Shown piece after piece: positions 51,068 to 63,644 of a stretch of 64,000 nucleotides of DNA. The number at the start of each line of letters is the position of its first letter. Positions within the stretch are counted from its first letter, which is position 1. Below the pieces are notes generated by a model. That model saw only the letters and a program-made list of their open reading frames with translations, had not been told where the DNA came from and did not search any database. The stretch is from Adineta vaga (taxonomy: Eukaryota; Animalia; Rotifera), in the NCBI GenBank assembly GCA_021613535.1, contig CP075494.1, forward strand, positions 682,001 to 746,000, in the 5' to 3' direction. The position numbers and the translations under genes were made by a program.

Positions 51068-51970
51068 TAAATTGAAATTTATCTTTATTAATCAATTTTT
51101 AGTATTTGATTTTCTATTTCAATAAATCAATTGAAATTAAATTGAAATGACGAGAAATGTAATATTCTATATTTGTATGATCATTTCATGTCCACACCAT
51201 TGATAAGTTGTTTTATTAAACTTTTTACTTCTGAATCATAACAGATTTTTAATTTTATTCATTATTTAAAATAATATTTTACTAACAGGAATTTTATTTT
51301 AACCTTTAACATTTGAAATGTAATCAATGATTATTTACTGATTTGTAATAATAATAAAAATTGATGTGTTTTTCTGTTTTCTCTAAAAATCTTAAAAAAG
51401 AATGATTCATTAGTATTCTTATTTTGAAACGAAATTAATAGCTAATTTACGTGACCGTGAACAAAAAAGTACTAACATAGTACTTGAACGTTCTTTTTTA
51501 TCGTAAATGAACACGAAAAAGTACGATCATAGTCCTTGAATGTTCTTCCTAATTACATGTCACAAAAAAAACTAGTTGAAACGGATAATTGTAATATTTT
51601 CGAACGAAATCTATATCATTAGATTTACAAAAGAACAAATTTCTTTCTTCATTGAACTATTCGGAAAAAAGAAGAGAATTTTGTTTTTGCTTTTCTGGAA
51701 TATATGAAAACGAAATTCATCGCAGAATATAGATGATTTTCGCAATATAACAATATACGTCACGCTTCAATGGCCACTTATTTTCAGCGATTAAATAATT
51801 ATATATGGGGTCAAAATTTCATCAGTACAAATACCTTTGACAATACATTTATCTTCATGATTATTTCTTCTATATAATTTTTTATATATTGTACTCCTAC
51901 GGTAAAATACTAGATAATATTTCTATTCAATATTAGTCTTAGTTTTTTGATTTATTTAGTATTCAACAAT

Positions 51971-52437
51971 ATGAATTCATCAATTGTCGCTTTTGTCCTT
52001 TTTGGCATTCTCTTCATCAACGCAATCAATGCAAGAAGAATTAATGTTGAAGATTCAGATGAACGACCTTTTGAAAGTCTATATACGAAACGAGCTGCTA
52101 CTTAACGAAGGTATTTAGTTTTTAATAATATAATATTCTTCGTTTATCATAATATTATTAATGAATGTATTATTTATTTTCTTTTATAGCTATCAAAACA
52201 TCAAGTAGATGTGTAAGTATAATTAATGGTAAAGATTATGTTGGTGGTGATATAGATATTAATCATCCAGTACAATTACGTTCAACTGCTGCGTGTGCTG
52301 CATTATGCGACTCAATTCCAGATTGTTTTCGTTGGTCATTTGATAAAACAACTGGAAGATGCTTCCCCAAAGATAAAGCAGCTCGTTATATCGACAATTC
52401 CAAGACTTACACAGGCGAGTGTACCAAATCTACTTAA
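51971..52437 (+). pseudogene. Small secreted PAN/Apple-domain protein with an apparent 1-bp insertion
   Basis: Signal peptide, acidic propiece and KR in exon 51971-52110; intron 52111-52189; PAN exon C...GKDYVGGDI..CAALCDSIPDCFRWSF..CFPK..TGEC. Removing one T at 52102-52103 removes the TAA and restores phase. Confidence 0.7.
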
Positions 52438-53116
52438 AATTTTCTTCATCGATGGTGATGAAATAATAAAACACTTTTGAATACTAAAAAATATACTTCA
52501 TATCCATTTTATTCTTTTCTTTTCTTTTCTCTAATAACTAACAATAATCATTCTTTTTATCATATTATTAATAAAATTTTAAGCTTTAATTGGATATCTT
52601 CTTCACTCACACCCACCCACACCCACACCCTCAATTTGAATGAGAAAAGTAGGTATAGATCAATTGATTCATAAAAATCTCGTTTGATTAGTATTTTACA
52701 GAAGGTATAAGAGGAAGAAAACGAACATATATGAAACTTCGCTATTGAATCAAAGATTTATTGTCATGATTTACATCTTCAAGATTTCTCGATTGATTTG
52801 TTCTTGTTCACGAATTTTAGTAGACCATTTGTTTTCTAAAAACTACTTTTTTAGAATTGTGTTATGCACGAAGGACCCACGTGACAAGAATGATATATGA
52901 AATATTTGTCATTCACATAATCAAACAGACTAGGAAAGGAGAAAATATTATATTATTTACCACTTATTTCTTTCATGATATACGCTGTTGATTTTGTTTC
53001 TTTCTTCATTATTTCGACAAGGTGATTTTAATAGAAATATTTTCTTTATCTTAGTAAGATCATGAACAATTAAAATAAATGATTGTGTTTGTTACTAACA
53101 TAAAAAAAAACTTTCT

Positions 53117-53239
53117 CTTTTACCTTTACCAACAGAAATTATTCATCATATATTAGATTATTATGATGTTGAAATGATTCTCTTTCAAGTTCGTTGTGTC
53201 TGTACAACATTAAATAACATTGTTAACACTCACGACTGA
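53117..53239 (+). pseudogene. F-box remnant
   Basis: LPLPTEIIHHILDYYDVEMILFQVRCVCTTLNNIVNTHD*. Confidence 0.55.
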
Positions 53240-54349
53240 TTTGCATTCGATTACATTATTGATGATAGTATAATACGTGTTACTGGTTGCGTTAAACGTT
53301 GAATATTGTTAGAATCTGGGTAAACCATATATGATGTTAAGAATTCTTTATATTTCAAAATAAATAAACATTGATCAAACTTTATTTTATATTCAAACAA
53401 TTGATTTTTCATAAAAATTTTTCTTAAAAATATTTCGATATTTGTTTGATGAAAACAGATTTCAGAAGAACTTGTGATATAAACTGAGTGATAAACTAAG
53501 TTAAGATTTTCTTCTTTCAACGCTCAAACAAACAAAAAAAGAACTGTATAGTCATAAACTATGAATCAAACAGTAGCATACATAGCAATAAAGATTAACA
53601 GACAAAGATTATTCTAATCAAATTTTCTATTTTTCTACAACATGGTACCAAATTGATCTCTTCGGAATGTACGAAAAAGACATTTTTGCTTATCGAAAAA
53701 TATTAGGTCAGCTTCTTTCGTTCCTACACTGTTCTTACCTTCGTAAATATTTGTATATCACGTACTGATAAATGAAGCAATGATTATAAAACAAAAAGAA
53801 TAAAGGCATATGTCAACATATAATTAGTTATATAGGTAGTAATAATTTTTATCTTTGTCTTTATTAGTTGGTCAATTTACTTTTATGTTTCACATGTATA
53901 TCATAGAACATTTAAAAACAAAATATTCATTTAGAAAAAAGAAGTAATCCAACTTGGGTATAGAGTATCAGTCGCACCTGTATATTTGCAAAGAAAAGAA
54001 AAGAAATTGTTGACATTTCAGATAAAATAAAATCAGTATTATATTCTATTTATAGTATAAAATAAACTGAATATCAGTAAAAGTTTGTGAAAAAGTATCT
54101 TGATGATGAAATTGACGTATAATTATTCTATTCATACTCGTATCTTATATCTTGATCTATATCAGAATACGAGAAACAATGTCCATAAAATCGAACTATA
54201 AATCTAAGACAAATTCAAGTCAATTGTTACCTGTTTTTTTTATCTATGATTCATAACAGTCTTTTTAAACGCTAAGGACATTTAAAAAAAGAACTGATAA
54301 TAAATAATATGTGAAAAGATTTTATAAGAAAATTTTTTTAAATATATTA

Positions 54350-56281
54350 ATGTTCTTACTGAAATTATTTTTCTGTATTCTTCATTTTATTTCAATAACA
54401 ACATTAATCCAATCCCAAACAATATGTCTCGATAATTCAATCATTACTTGTCATTGTACAGAAAATAAACTTGTCGTAGCATGTATTCAAAATCTTCTAA
54501 GTGATGAAATTTTTATCGATTGGTCAACATTTTCATCAGATGAATATCAACATTATTCATTTATTTTTATTAACTTCACACGTTTAACAACTCAAACATT
54601 TACTAATTTTTCATCAAGATTTCCTTTACTTTCAGAAATTAAATTTCATTTTCTAAATGGAATTAATCAAATAGCTGAAAATACTTTTCAACAATTGAGT
54701 CCTTCTTCACAAACACGATTTTCTATTGAATTTAATTCACCAAGAGATTTTCAACTTGGTGATAATGCATTTAATACTTCTATGAAATATATGGAATTTA
54801 CTATTAAAAATATTCAATATAATACTATTCATAATCTTTCATATCAATTTAATTTAAACGCATTTAATAATACACAAATTTTTCAAATAGATATTCTAAA
54901 TTCTAAAGAATTTCAATTCATTTCAAATCAATCATCAATTTTACATTGGGAACAAGTTACATTTAATAATTGTTCATTAACAAATGTTGATCTTCTTATT
55001 GAAAGTTTATCATCTGAATTATTAGAATCTTTAGATTTATCATCAAATTATTTAATTCAAATTCCTTCATTAATGAAATTCAATAAAATTATTATTCTAG
55101 ATTTACAGGATAATTGGATTGAAGAAATTCCTTCAAATATTTTCTTTAATATGAAATATTTAACTGCACTCGATCTATCAAAAAATCGAATAAAACAAAT
55201 TGTACACGATGCATTTATTGGATTAGATAATTTAATTGATTTAAATTTAAATAATAATCATTTAACTTCATTGGAAAGTCTGATAAATCGTTATGAATTA
55301 AGATCATTTTTATCTCCATTAAATCAAACATTACATTCTCTTGATTTATCAAACAATGCTTTTCATGAACTTAATATAATAGAAAATCTTTTAAATCTAA
55401 AATCATTAGAAATATGTTGTAATCAAATAAAATCATTAAATGAAGATACATTTAAAAATTTACATAAACTTCAAGTAATTAATATAAGTTATAATCAAAT
55501 TGAATCAATTCATCCATGGACTTTTAATCAAACAATTTTAGAAAGTCTTGATTTAAGTTCGAATCCAATATCTTCATTAGAAACAATAATAACAGTTTAT
55601 GATGAACAAATGAAACCTAAAAATGAAACAACTTCGTTTCTTTATAGTATAGCAGAGACGCTTGAAGATTTATTATTAGCAAACTGTATGAATTTACTTG
55701 AAATCAACTGGTTTATTTTTACAAAATTAAAACAAATAACATCGATAAATTTTTCTGGAATTTCAAAAACAGATCAATTTTGGATATTAGAATCGAGAGA
55801 TGGTACACCAATTCAATGGAATCATCATTTACTTAATTTTGAAATTTTGATTAATAATATTCAGTTTAATAATAAGGATTATTGTTTATCGAAACCAATA
55901 TTTCAGATATTGAATCAAACAATTTTATTTCTTAATGAAAATCATCCATGTAATTGTTTTACATTTATGTGGAAAAATATTATTTATCCAAAACAAGTTC
56001 TAAATTGTTTATCAAATCAATCGATTGTTCATGAATTAACTAAAGAATGTATGCATATTGATTCTTATTGTTCATCTATGATCAGTACTACTACTACTAA
56101 ACCAACAAGAAATGATAATGGAAAATGGAAAATAGTATTAGCAATTGTGATTCCTTTAACAATTGTTATGATTATTTTATCTTTAGCTGCTTTTTATATT
56201 ATTCAAAGACGAAATAAGAGGAAGACAAACGAAAATGTTGACATAAAAGGAGGAATTGTGAATATTTTTACTAAGAAGTGA
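54350..56281 (+). CDS. Leucine-rich repeat type I membrane protein
   Basis: Signal peptide, Cys cap, many LxxLDLSxN repeats, PCNC cap, Thr stalk, TM, short tail; no TIR domain; intronless. Confidence 0.88.
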   Translation: MFLLKLFFCILHFISITTLIQSQTICLDNSIITCHCTENKLVVACIQNLLSDEIFIDWSTFSSDEYQHYSFIFINFTRLTTQTFTNFSSRFPLLSEIKFHFLNGINQIAENTFQQLSPSSQTRFSIEFNSPRDFQLGDNAFNTSMKYMEFTIKNIQYNTIHNLSYQFNLNAFNNTQIFQIDILNSKEFQFISNQSSILHWEQVTFNNCSLTNVDLLIESLSSELLESLDLSSNYLIQIPSLMKFNKIIILDLQDNWIEEIPSNIFFNMKYLTALDLSKNRIKQIVHDAFIGLDNLIDLNLNNNHLTSLESLINRYELRSFLSPLNQTLHSLDLSNNAFHELNIIENLLNLKSLEICCNQIKSLNEDTFKNLHKLQVINISYNQIESIHPWTFNQTILESLDLSSNPISSLETIITVYDEQMKPKNETTSFLYSIAETLEDLLLANCMNLLEINWFIFTKLKQITSINFSGISKTDQFWILESRDGTPIQWNHHLLNFEILINNIQFNNKDYCLSKPIFQILNQTILFLNENHPCNCFTFMWKNIIYPKQVLNCLSNQSIVHELTKECMHIDSYCSSMISTTTTKPTRNDNGKWKIVLAIVIPLTIVMIILSLAAFYIIQRRNKRKTNENVDIKGGIVNIFTKK

Positions 56282-56533
56282 TATTTTTTAATTGATCATA
56301 TCTCGTTTGATTTGAATATTTCCTCTTGATGAAAATTCAACTATACGTAATTTTGAAGTACATATTAATAATAAAATTATGAGATATATTGTTAAAGAGA
56401 AAGAATACGCGAAACGAAACTATCGAGAAGCAATTAAAAAAAGGTCATGGAGCTTATTTAATGTATCAAGAAGAAGAGGCTCAAATATTCAGTGTTTTTC
56501 TTGGTAATTTATCAGTACATAACGAAGCTATGA

Positions 56534-56589
56534 TCGAGGGTGTGGGTGTGGGTATTTCATCTATCCAACACCCACACCCACACCCTCAA
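56534..56589. repeat. Telomere-like palindromic element (best-preserved copy)
   Basis: tcGAGGGTGTGGGTGTGGGTatttcatctatccaacACCCACACCCACACCCTCaa: perfect 18 bp arms. Confidence 0.92.
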
Positions 56590-57214
56590 GTCATCTATAA
56601 TTGGTTTTATTTTCTCAAGAGGGTCGTTGTTAGAAATATCTTCGTTATTAGCAAAGTACAAGTAATGTAGAATGTCTTGATATCGATTTCGTGTAAAATA
56701 CTGACTGAAAATGGATGTAGATCATAAATGATCGGTGCTCTAGTAATTCGAAATCATATTTTTGTTGATAAGACCAGTAAGCATCGTAATCGCAAGAAAT
56801 ATATGGGTGAATTGCAAAAAAGTCTTTTTTCTGAAAATAATGATCGAATTCAAAGATGGTAAAACGATTTGAAATATGTATGTGATGATTTCGGACCCCA
56901 GAAATGAGAAATAGTATGTGTATACTTTTAATTCATTCAAAGAAATCGTATTTATACTGTATTTCTCCCGTTCTTATATTGTTCTCGGTACATACAGTAT
57001 CACACTATATGAAATATATGAGAGAAGGGAAAAGATAAGTGTATCAATATCCCTATAGGATACATAAAATAAGAGGCTAATATCTAAGAGGAAAAAAAAG
57101 TGTGCAATCATTTAGATTGTCACACTGTAAACGATCAGTTGTGGAAGAAACTTTTACTATAAAAATGTTGTTTCCTATGTTATCGCTTCACACCTATTCG
57201 AAGTTTGTTTGATT

Positions 57215-58714
57215 TTAATATTTAATGTAATAGATTGGCAAAATCTTTCGATTAGAATTGATAATATAAGTTCCTAGTTCATCTGTTGTAGAATCATATG
57301 CCAATGGATTTGCTCGAATTATTTTGTCCTTATGACATGTTCGACCAACAAGTACATTACACACAAGCAACGCGTTTGGACGACCATTTACTGAATCCGA
57401 GGATGAGTCGTTTGCTTGATAAGCCTCAGGTGATTGAAAGTGCCACCCATAAAGATATATTCTCACTAGTATATAAAAAGATAATTATAAGTGAAATGTG
57501 TCGATCAAATCACTAACATATATATATATATATATATATACCCTAATGATCATTATTAAATCCATGTTGAAGGATATGTAGAGCGCGCACTTGTGAACAT
57601 GGATAAACAAGAATTTTTTCAATTTGATCGTCATGTCGAAGATTATGAATAACTTCTTTATGATCACGATACTGAGAGGACCAAGATGAATTTTCGACTT
57701 CATGAATTTCAATCACATCTTCTCTTTGTCTGGCATATCTTTGGGATACTCTTTCGAACTCTTCAGATGATTCTTCAACAGGTTGTGAAACACTTGATGC
57801 CATTGACCAAACTTCATTTGTAGTCGGAATCCATAGTAGATTGGCTGAGTGTGGAGTCTCGATACGAGAATCAAATCGATCACGTGCTTCCTTTAACGAC
57901 ACAAGCGTATCATGAGGAGATACACAGTCATGAATAGTATTGGTGATCTCTATTCTTCCATTGTTATAGGCAAGACAAATCAAGATTGAAAACTTGACAG
58001 TATGCGATGAGGCTGAGGCTATTGTCTGCTTAATTTGATCACCTAAATGTTTTTGTACCATTTCCAAAAGTCTATATAGAAAGTAAATGGAACAGAGAAA
58101 TCTTTGATCAATTGCATCGAATAGATAATACGTGCCTCTGGTAGTTGATATCATTTGTTACATCCCATGCCCAAACAACAAAATTCTCCTCGATATAGTT
58201 GTAATATCATCGGTACATAAAACTTGATTACAAAACAAATTAGTATGCACACTTTGACCATTATATAGAAAAAGAATTAGTGGTTGAACCTACAAAAATT
58301 AATTTTACCATTTCATATCTGTTATGCAACAAAAAATAAAATACAGACATTGTTATAATTGTAAAGAGAATGTAGCAGTGCTTGATCAATTGAACCCATA
58401 TACAATGGTGGACCAGAGGTTGGATATTGTTCGGTGAATTCACTCAAAAACTGCTGCATCAGCTCAGAAATACGATTATCTGATAATTCTTCGTCAGCAC
58501 GCAGATCTTCCACTAATTCGTATTTCTGTTTATGTATTGATTTTAATTGAACAAGCAAACAACTTACTTAAATTCAGAGAATGCGGCGGAGAAGGATCAA
58601 TAAAACTTAGATGAATCTAGAATGAGATATCAATTGAAAGAAAATTTCATAATATCGACATACGGGCATATAATCAGGACTGATACATTCGTCTTCTTCC
58701 TGTAAGTTCGACAT
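57215..58714 (-). pseudogene. FAF1-type UAS domain fused to a degenerate PARP/ART catalytic domain; disrupted
   Basis: F.EQYPTSGPPLYMGSIDQAL, PLILFLYNGQSVHTNLFCNQVLC, frameshift ~58200, NYIEENFVVWAWDVT (UAS). SEEFERV..IHEVEN..EKILVYPC..ILQHGF and LLVCNVLVGR..YDST..ILPIYYIKY (PARP). TAG at 57543 precedes the donor. Confidence 0.7.
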
Positions 58715-58834
58715 TGATTGCGATGTTGATATTGTGTCAGTTATTGAATATGAATACGTACAATAATAAAATTCGTTGTTGTTTTATCTAAATTGCGAGA
58801 AAAAAGGAATACATATCCGTTGTTTTATCATAAT

Positions 58835-59797
58835 TGTAACGATATCTGTGACAATATCGTTCTATCCATTTTTCTTGCTTCTCCTTTTTCTGTCATCTAC
58901 ATATATCTCTCTCGTACATTTGTTTCCTGTGTTCTCTTTCTCTTGGTTGCACATGCACATATATAACTGCGTGTTTCTACCTGTTAAAGAGGCGGTTTAG
59001 GAGAGGAATAAATAAACAAAGGCAATGTTTCATCAGTGCATACATGACTTCCACAAAAAATCGTCATATTTGGCGAACCTGACAATTGATCCTCCCAATC
59101 TCTTGGGGATTACTTAGTGTACTGTTGTGGTAACTCTTCGCCTCCTCAGCGCGATGATTATCGATGGTCCTTTCATCCTCATACTAACAATTTCAATTTT
59201 GTCGGTTGGTTGAGATCGCAACACTTCGTGCCATTCATTGAGTCATCCGTGAGCAGAAGTTATGAAAGTGTCCCCGTTTTTATGCGGGTAATTTATTCCA
59301 CCAATCTTTCACTGGTACTCATACAACCGGTTAGTTAGTTTTACCGCAAAACTTCGCAACATCATCGTCATCATTAACGCCGATTGTTTCAACACCTACT
59401 AGTAAATGTCAACATCTTACTGTTAATCTTTTACAGAAGAACAGCACAACCAATGTTAAGAGTAACTTTTGATCTTTTGGGTACATATCTTTTCTCCCTA
59501 TTTTTGGATGCATAATATCTCTACCAGAATTTTCTTTGGACGAATTTTTTTGTTTCTCTGTAGACACGCTCGGGAATGCGTCTAATCTGCATCCGGGAGT
59601 GTAACAATATCTGTGACAATATCGTTCTATCCTTTTTTCTTGGTTCTTCTTTTTCTGTCATCAATATCTCTGACTCTTCGTTGCACATATATAACTGCGT
59701 GTTTCTGTCTATAAAAGAGGCGATTTAGGAGAGGAATAAATGAATAAAGGCGCAGTTCCACCAGCGCATACATGTCGGTCCATCAAAAATCATCACA
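58835..59797 (+). mobile_element. TRIM-like non-autonomous LTR element
   Basis: Diverged direct repeats 58835-59068 and 59600-59797, both starting TGTAAC; the second ends TCACA. TGGCGAACC PBS-like site follows repeat 1. Flanks ATAAT/GTAAT. Confidence 0.7.
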
Positions 59798-61423
59798 GTA
59801 ATAATCTCTATTACCCATGAGAAAAAAAAGGCAAAAAACCGCTGCCATATAGCGGTCCATATAAACCGCATTTTTTGCAGGTATTTGGCACCTTCATTAA
59901 TGCTCTAATTTCCGCTCTATGAAAAAACCGCATCTACCTGGGATCTTTGAAGAGCACCCTCAGTCACCCCTCTACATTCCAAGAGAGGTTGCCCTTCGAG
60001 GGACTTTGCAGGATCTTTTTCAAAAGTCCCAATGGACCCTTAAGTCATTTTTTGATCAGTAAATAATTCAAATTAACAGTAATTATATCAAAATATGATC
60101 GATATAGAATTAAATTCTGATCAGTAGTTTTTCAATTTAAATCAGTAAAAGTTTTACAAAAACTAGTAACAAAATATTTAATGAAGAAGTAAAGATTTTT
60201 TGAATTTTGAAGGCCAAATTCAACGTCTTTTCTTTTGCAGTTTTAGAGTTTTTGCAAAAGTATCGTTTACTTTTCTCTATTATATTCGTTTTAGTTTTTA
60301 TGAAATACTTAGTCTTTTCCCAACAGATACGCAATTTAATCGATTGATCACTATCAGTCAAGAGGAAAAGCAGATCCTCGCAGATATTTTTGAATTCTAG
60401 GATTTGAAAGAATCCAAAATGAATCAGGTAATACATCGAAATCTAAAAATTCATCTTTTCCCCTTGTTATTATTCCTATATCTAATATGACAATTTTCTT
60501 GTTATGAAATCACTTAAAGAACTTCATTCGTATGAATTTGATCATTTTGTACAACGCGAATATATGTTTCGAAGGAGAATTGGTGAGTGTAAGTTTTAAT
60601 TTAAGCGAGATTGCCATAGAAAGCTTTTCGAAAAATTTCAAATTTGAAACCTTTGAATTTAGATAATCCAAAATGTCAAAATATCTTTCTATTCTTTGTA
60701 ACTCTGTTAGTTGCTTCCACAGTGCTATGGTTAAAATAAAAACAATCCTAAAGACATTCATCTATTACATAAGTGTAAGGTATCGAGTAGATGTAATATT
60801 TAGAAAGTAGTTCACAAATAAACAGACAAGAAGTAGATCAATATATATGTGATAATCGAGGAATGTTATATAATGATGAATACTGGTAAAAATACCATAA
60901 TCTACTGAATTCTACTGATCATTTAATTTGTAGCCTAAAGTTTATCGCTTGTCAAACATTTCTATCTAGAAACTGACTGTTGTCTAGATCGAAGACAGTT
61001 GACATACAAATGAAATTATTTTGTGTTAAAATTAAACGCCCATTCTATTGCAGATTAAGACTTGTCTAAGATAAACTGTTGTTCTAAATTATTGTAATAG
61101 ACAGTCGTCGTTTAAGGTGGATGTGTGTCATCTGAAGGTGTTTCTTCGATGATCTCTTTCCATATTGAGGCTTTGAATTTAAGATGAATATTTTATCTAC
61201 ACCCTTGATTCATATTCAGTATTTAAGTAAATTAAACATCAATTTTTATTATAAGTTTATCTTCTTAAATACTTTGGAAAGATTTTCCATACTTATTATA
61301 CTAAATCTATAACTAGACTAAATGCACGTTTTAATATAGGCGTAGCATTGTATTCATTTGCTTACGAGTATAAATATCTATGAAAAAAGATTTTCCTTAT
61401 CATTTGTACACGGAATTGTTGCC

Positions 61424-62335
61424 ATGAATACTACTATCAGTCTTATCATCGATATAATGGTATTAACTTTTGCAGCAATTGGACTTTTATCTTCAATTAT
61501 AATTCTTTCTCTTATTTTTATATATCGTTCTAAATATCTTCTAAATACTCCGATGTTTCTCATATGTAATACCTATATCTCTATTATATTTATCTGTTGC
61601 ATTTTATTAAATATGTATGGATATAGTCTCTATGGTAGTCTTTATGAAATAATTCCATTAAATTATCCTTGGTGTTATATACGTTCATATCTTTTACATG
61701 TTGGTACTTGTTTATTATATCATTCATTTTTTCTCTTAACATGCTTTCGTTTTTTTCGAATTGTTTTATACAAATATAAACAACTTCAAACTTTTCAATT
61801 TATATTTCAATTAACTCTTATTCATTGGTTAATTGACTTTCTTTTATTGATTCCATTGTTAACTCAACATTGGATTGAATACATATCCGAATGTTATTTT
61901 TGTGAAATTTTGTTTTCAAATTTTCAAGGTACATTATATGCTGGTGTGATTGCTTATTCCTTTCCAATGTTTAGTATTGTATTGATGTATACTTCAATTA
62001 TTCATTATATGAACAAAACAAAAAGTCAATCTATTTTACAAAATCGTCAACAAACTAATCGACGAGATTTTGTTGTTCTTCGTCGGATTATTATCTTGAT
62101 AGGAATTCTTACTACACTTTCGTTTCCAACTATTATAATATGGCTTAGTTTTGTAGTTACTAATTATATTGATCCAATTTATTATAAAATTGGATGGTTA
62201 TTGTTTGCTTTATCATTTTCAGTTTTACCAATCACATTCGCTTTATTAACATCTCAATTACGTGAATTATTAAAGATTCTTTATTATAGACAAAAATGTC
62301 GTATACAACCTATACAAACAATGACAACACATTAA
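61424..62335 (+). CDS. Rhodopsin-like 7TM GPCR (orphan)
   Basis: Seven hydrophobic segments, LICNTY, WCYIRSY, FRFFRIV (DRY equivalent), CEI, RRDFVVLRRI; intronless. Confidence 0.85.
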   Translation: MNTTISLIIDIMVLTFAAIGLLSSIIILSLIFIYRSKYLLNTPMFLICNTYISIIFICCILLNMYGYSLYGSLYEIIPLNYPWCYIRSYLLHVGTCLLYHSFFLLTCFRFFRIVLYKYKQLQTFQFIFQLTLIHWLIDFLLLIPLLTQHWIEYISECYFCEILFSNFQGTLYAGVIAYSFPMFSIVLMYTSIIHYMNKTKSQSILQNRQQTNRRDFVVLRRIIILIGILTTLSFPTIIIWLSFVVTNYIDPIYYKIGWLLFALSFSVLPITFALLTSQLRELLKILYYRQKCRIQPIQTMTTH

Positions 62336-62871
62336 GATGTAGGTGTGAATGTGTATATTGTATTTCTCTCTAACTCATACCCATTTGCATCCTCGTCTGC
62401 TGCATCGACTTAATATAATATAAAACATTATAATAACTTCTACATAAATATACTTTTTCATCAGAAATAATTACTAAAAAAAGGTTTATAGATAATGAAA
62501 AAAAATTCATTATTGAAAATGTTGTTATCGGCTTAGAAAACTGAATTTCAATTTATTTTAACAAAACTGATGGAGGTGTTAAGCTTATATAACGTGATTC
62601 GCAATTACACAAAGATTCAGTAGCAGTGATTTCATAGTCATTATCATATGCACCAATTCAAGATGGATCGTATTTAATTGATCGGTATGGGTGAGGGTGT
62701 GGATGTAGAACAAAAATTGTAACCTTCATCAACACTCTCCGGTTTCTAAAAAACCTTTAGGAAGCGTCTTCTTCGAAAGAGACAAAAGTTTGGTTTTTAA
62801 GCTGAAGTTTGGCGAAAATAAAGATCTCAAATTCACTAATCTGCACGAAGACACGCACACCCACACCCTCA

Positions 62872-63443
62872 AGTAAGAAGCAAAATTCTGTGTTTTTTCT
62901 AAATATGTGTTCAGAGTTTTTGTCTGACTTAGGGCTGTTTCACTGCGAATAAATGTTTGTACAGAATTTTACTGTCAGCTATTTTGTGTTTTGATTGAAA
63001 TTTAATCAGACGAAATATGAAACGCTTTTTTAATATTTCTGTTTCGTAAAGCGAATTCTGCTCTACGAGATGTCATATCTAGTTTTCTTCTATATTGCAC
63101 GAAACACATTTAAAATCTGCTGCACTTTAAAAGGCCAATTGTGAAAAATTGGTGGTTTGATAAATGTCGATGTATGTGAAAATAGCTTTTAGGGAAATGA
63201 ACATAAGTTTTGTTTTTTTAGCTCTAATTTTTTGTAGAGAATTGAACGTTTTGCAATAATGTTGAGACAAACTTGTCCAAAAATACGATCTACGAAAAGT
63301 ATGGGATGCGCAAAAACCCCTTTTTTGCTTCTACAAACATCAATTTTGAGCCTTTCGAACATTTATTCGCAGTGAAACAGCCCTAAGTCAGACAAAAATT
63401 CTGAACACATATTTGGAAAAAACACAGAATTCTGCTTCTTACT
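62872..63443. mobile_element. Element with ~86 bp near-perfect terminal inverted repeats
   Basis: 62872-62957 is the reverse complement of 63358-63443 with about 3 mismatches; non-coding interior. Confidence 0.8.
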
Positions 63444-63644
63444 GACCACTTATGATTCTCACCAGTCGCTTTCATGTACTCGAAAAACGAACGAACATTT
63501 TGTCTCAGAACTTTTGCAACAGTGGTTATATCGATATACCGACAATATTTCTTTTTGTTTGAGAGGGGCGTAATCAAAGAGCTAGATAGAAATTTGCAAA
63601 AATATTCTTTCTCATAATTCAACTGTTTGCGTAGATACATGCAT

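Noticed and set aside
56389-56670. 93 aa ORF with GVGVG/HPHPHP; similar ORFs at 43831-44122
   Set aside because: The low-complexity peptides are translations of the TGTGGG/CCCACA arms.
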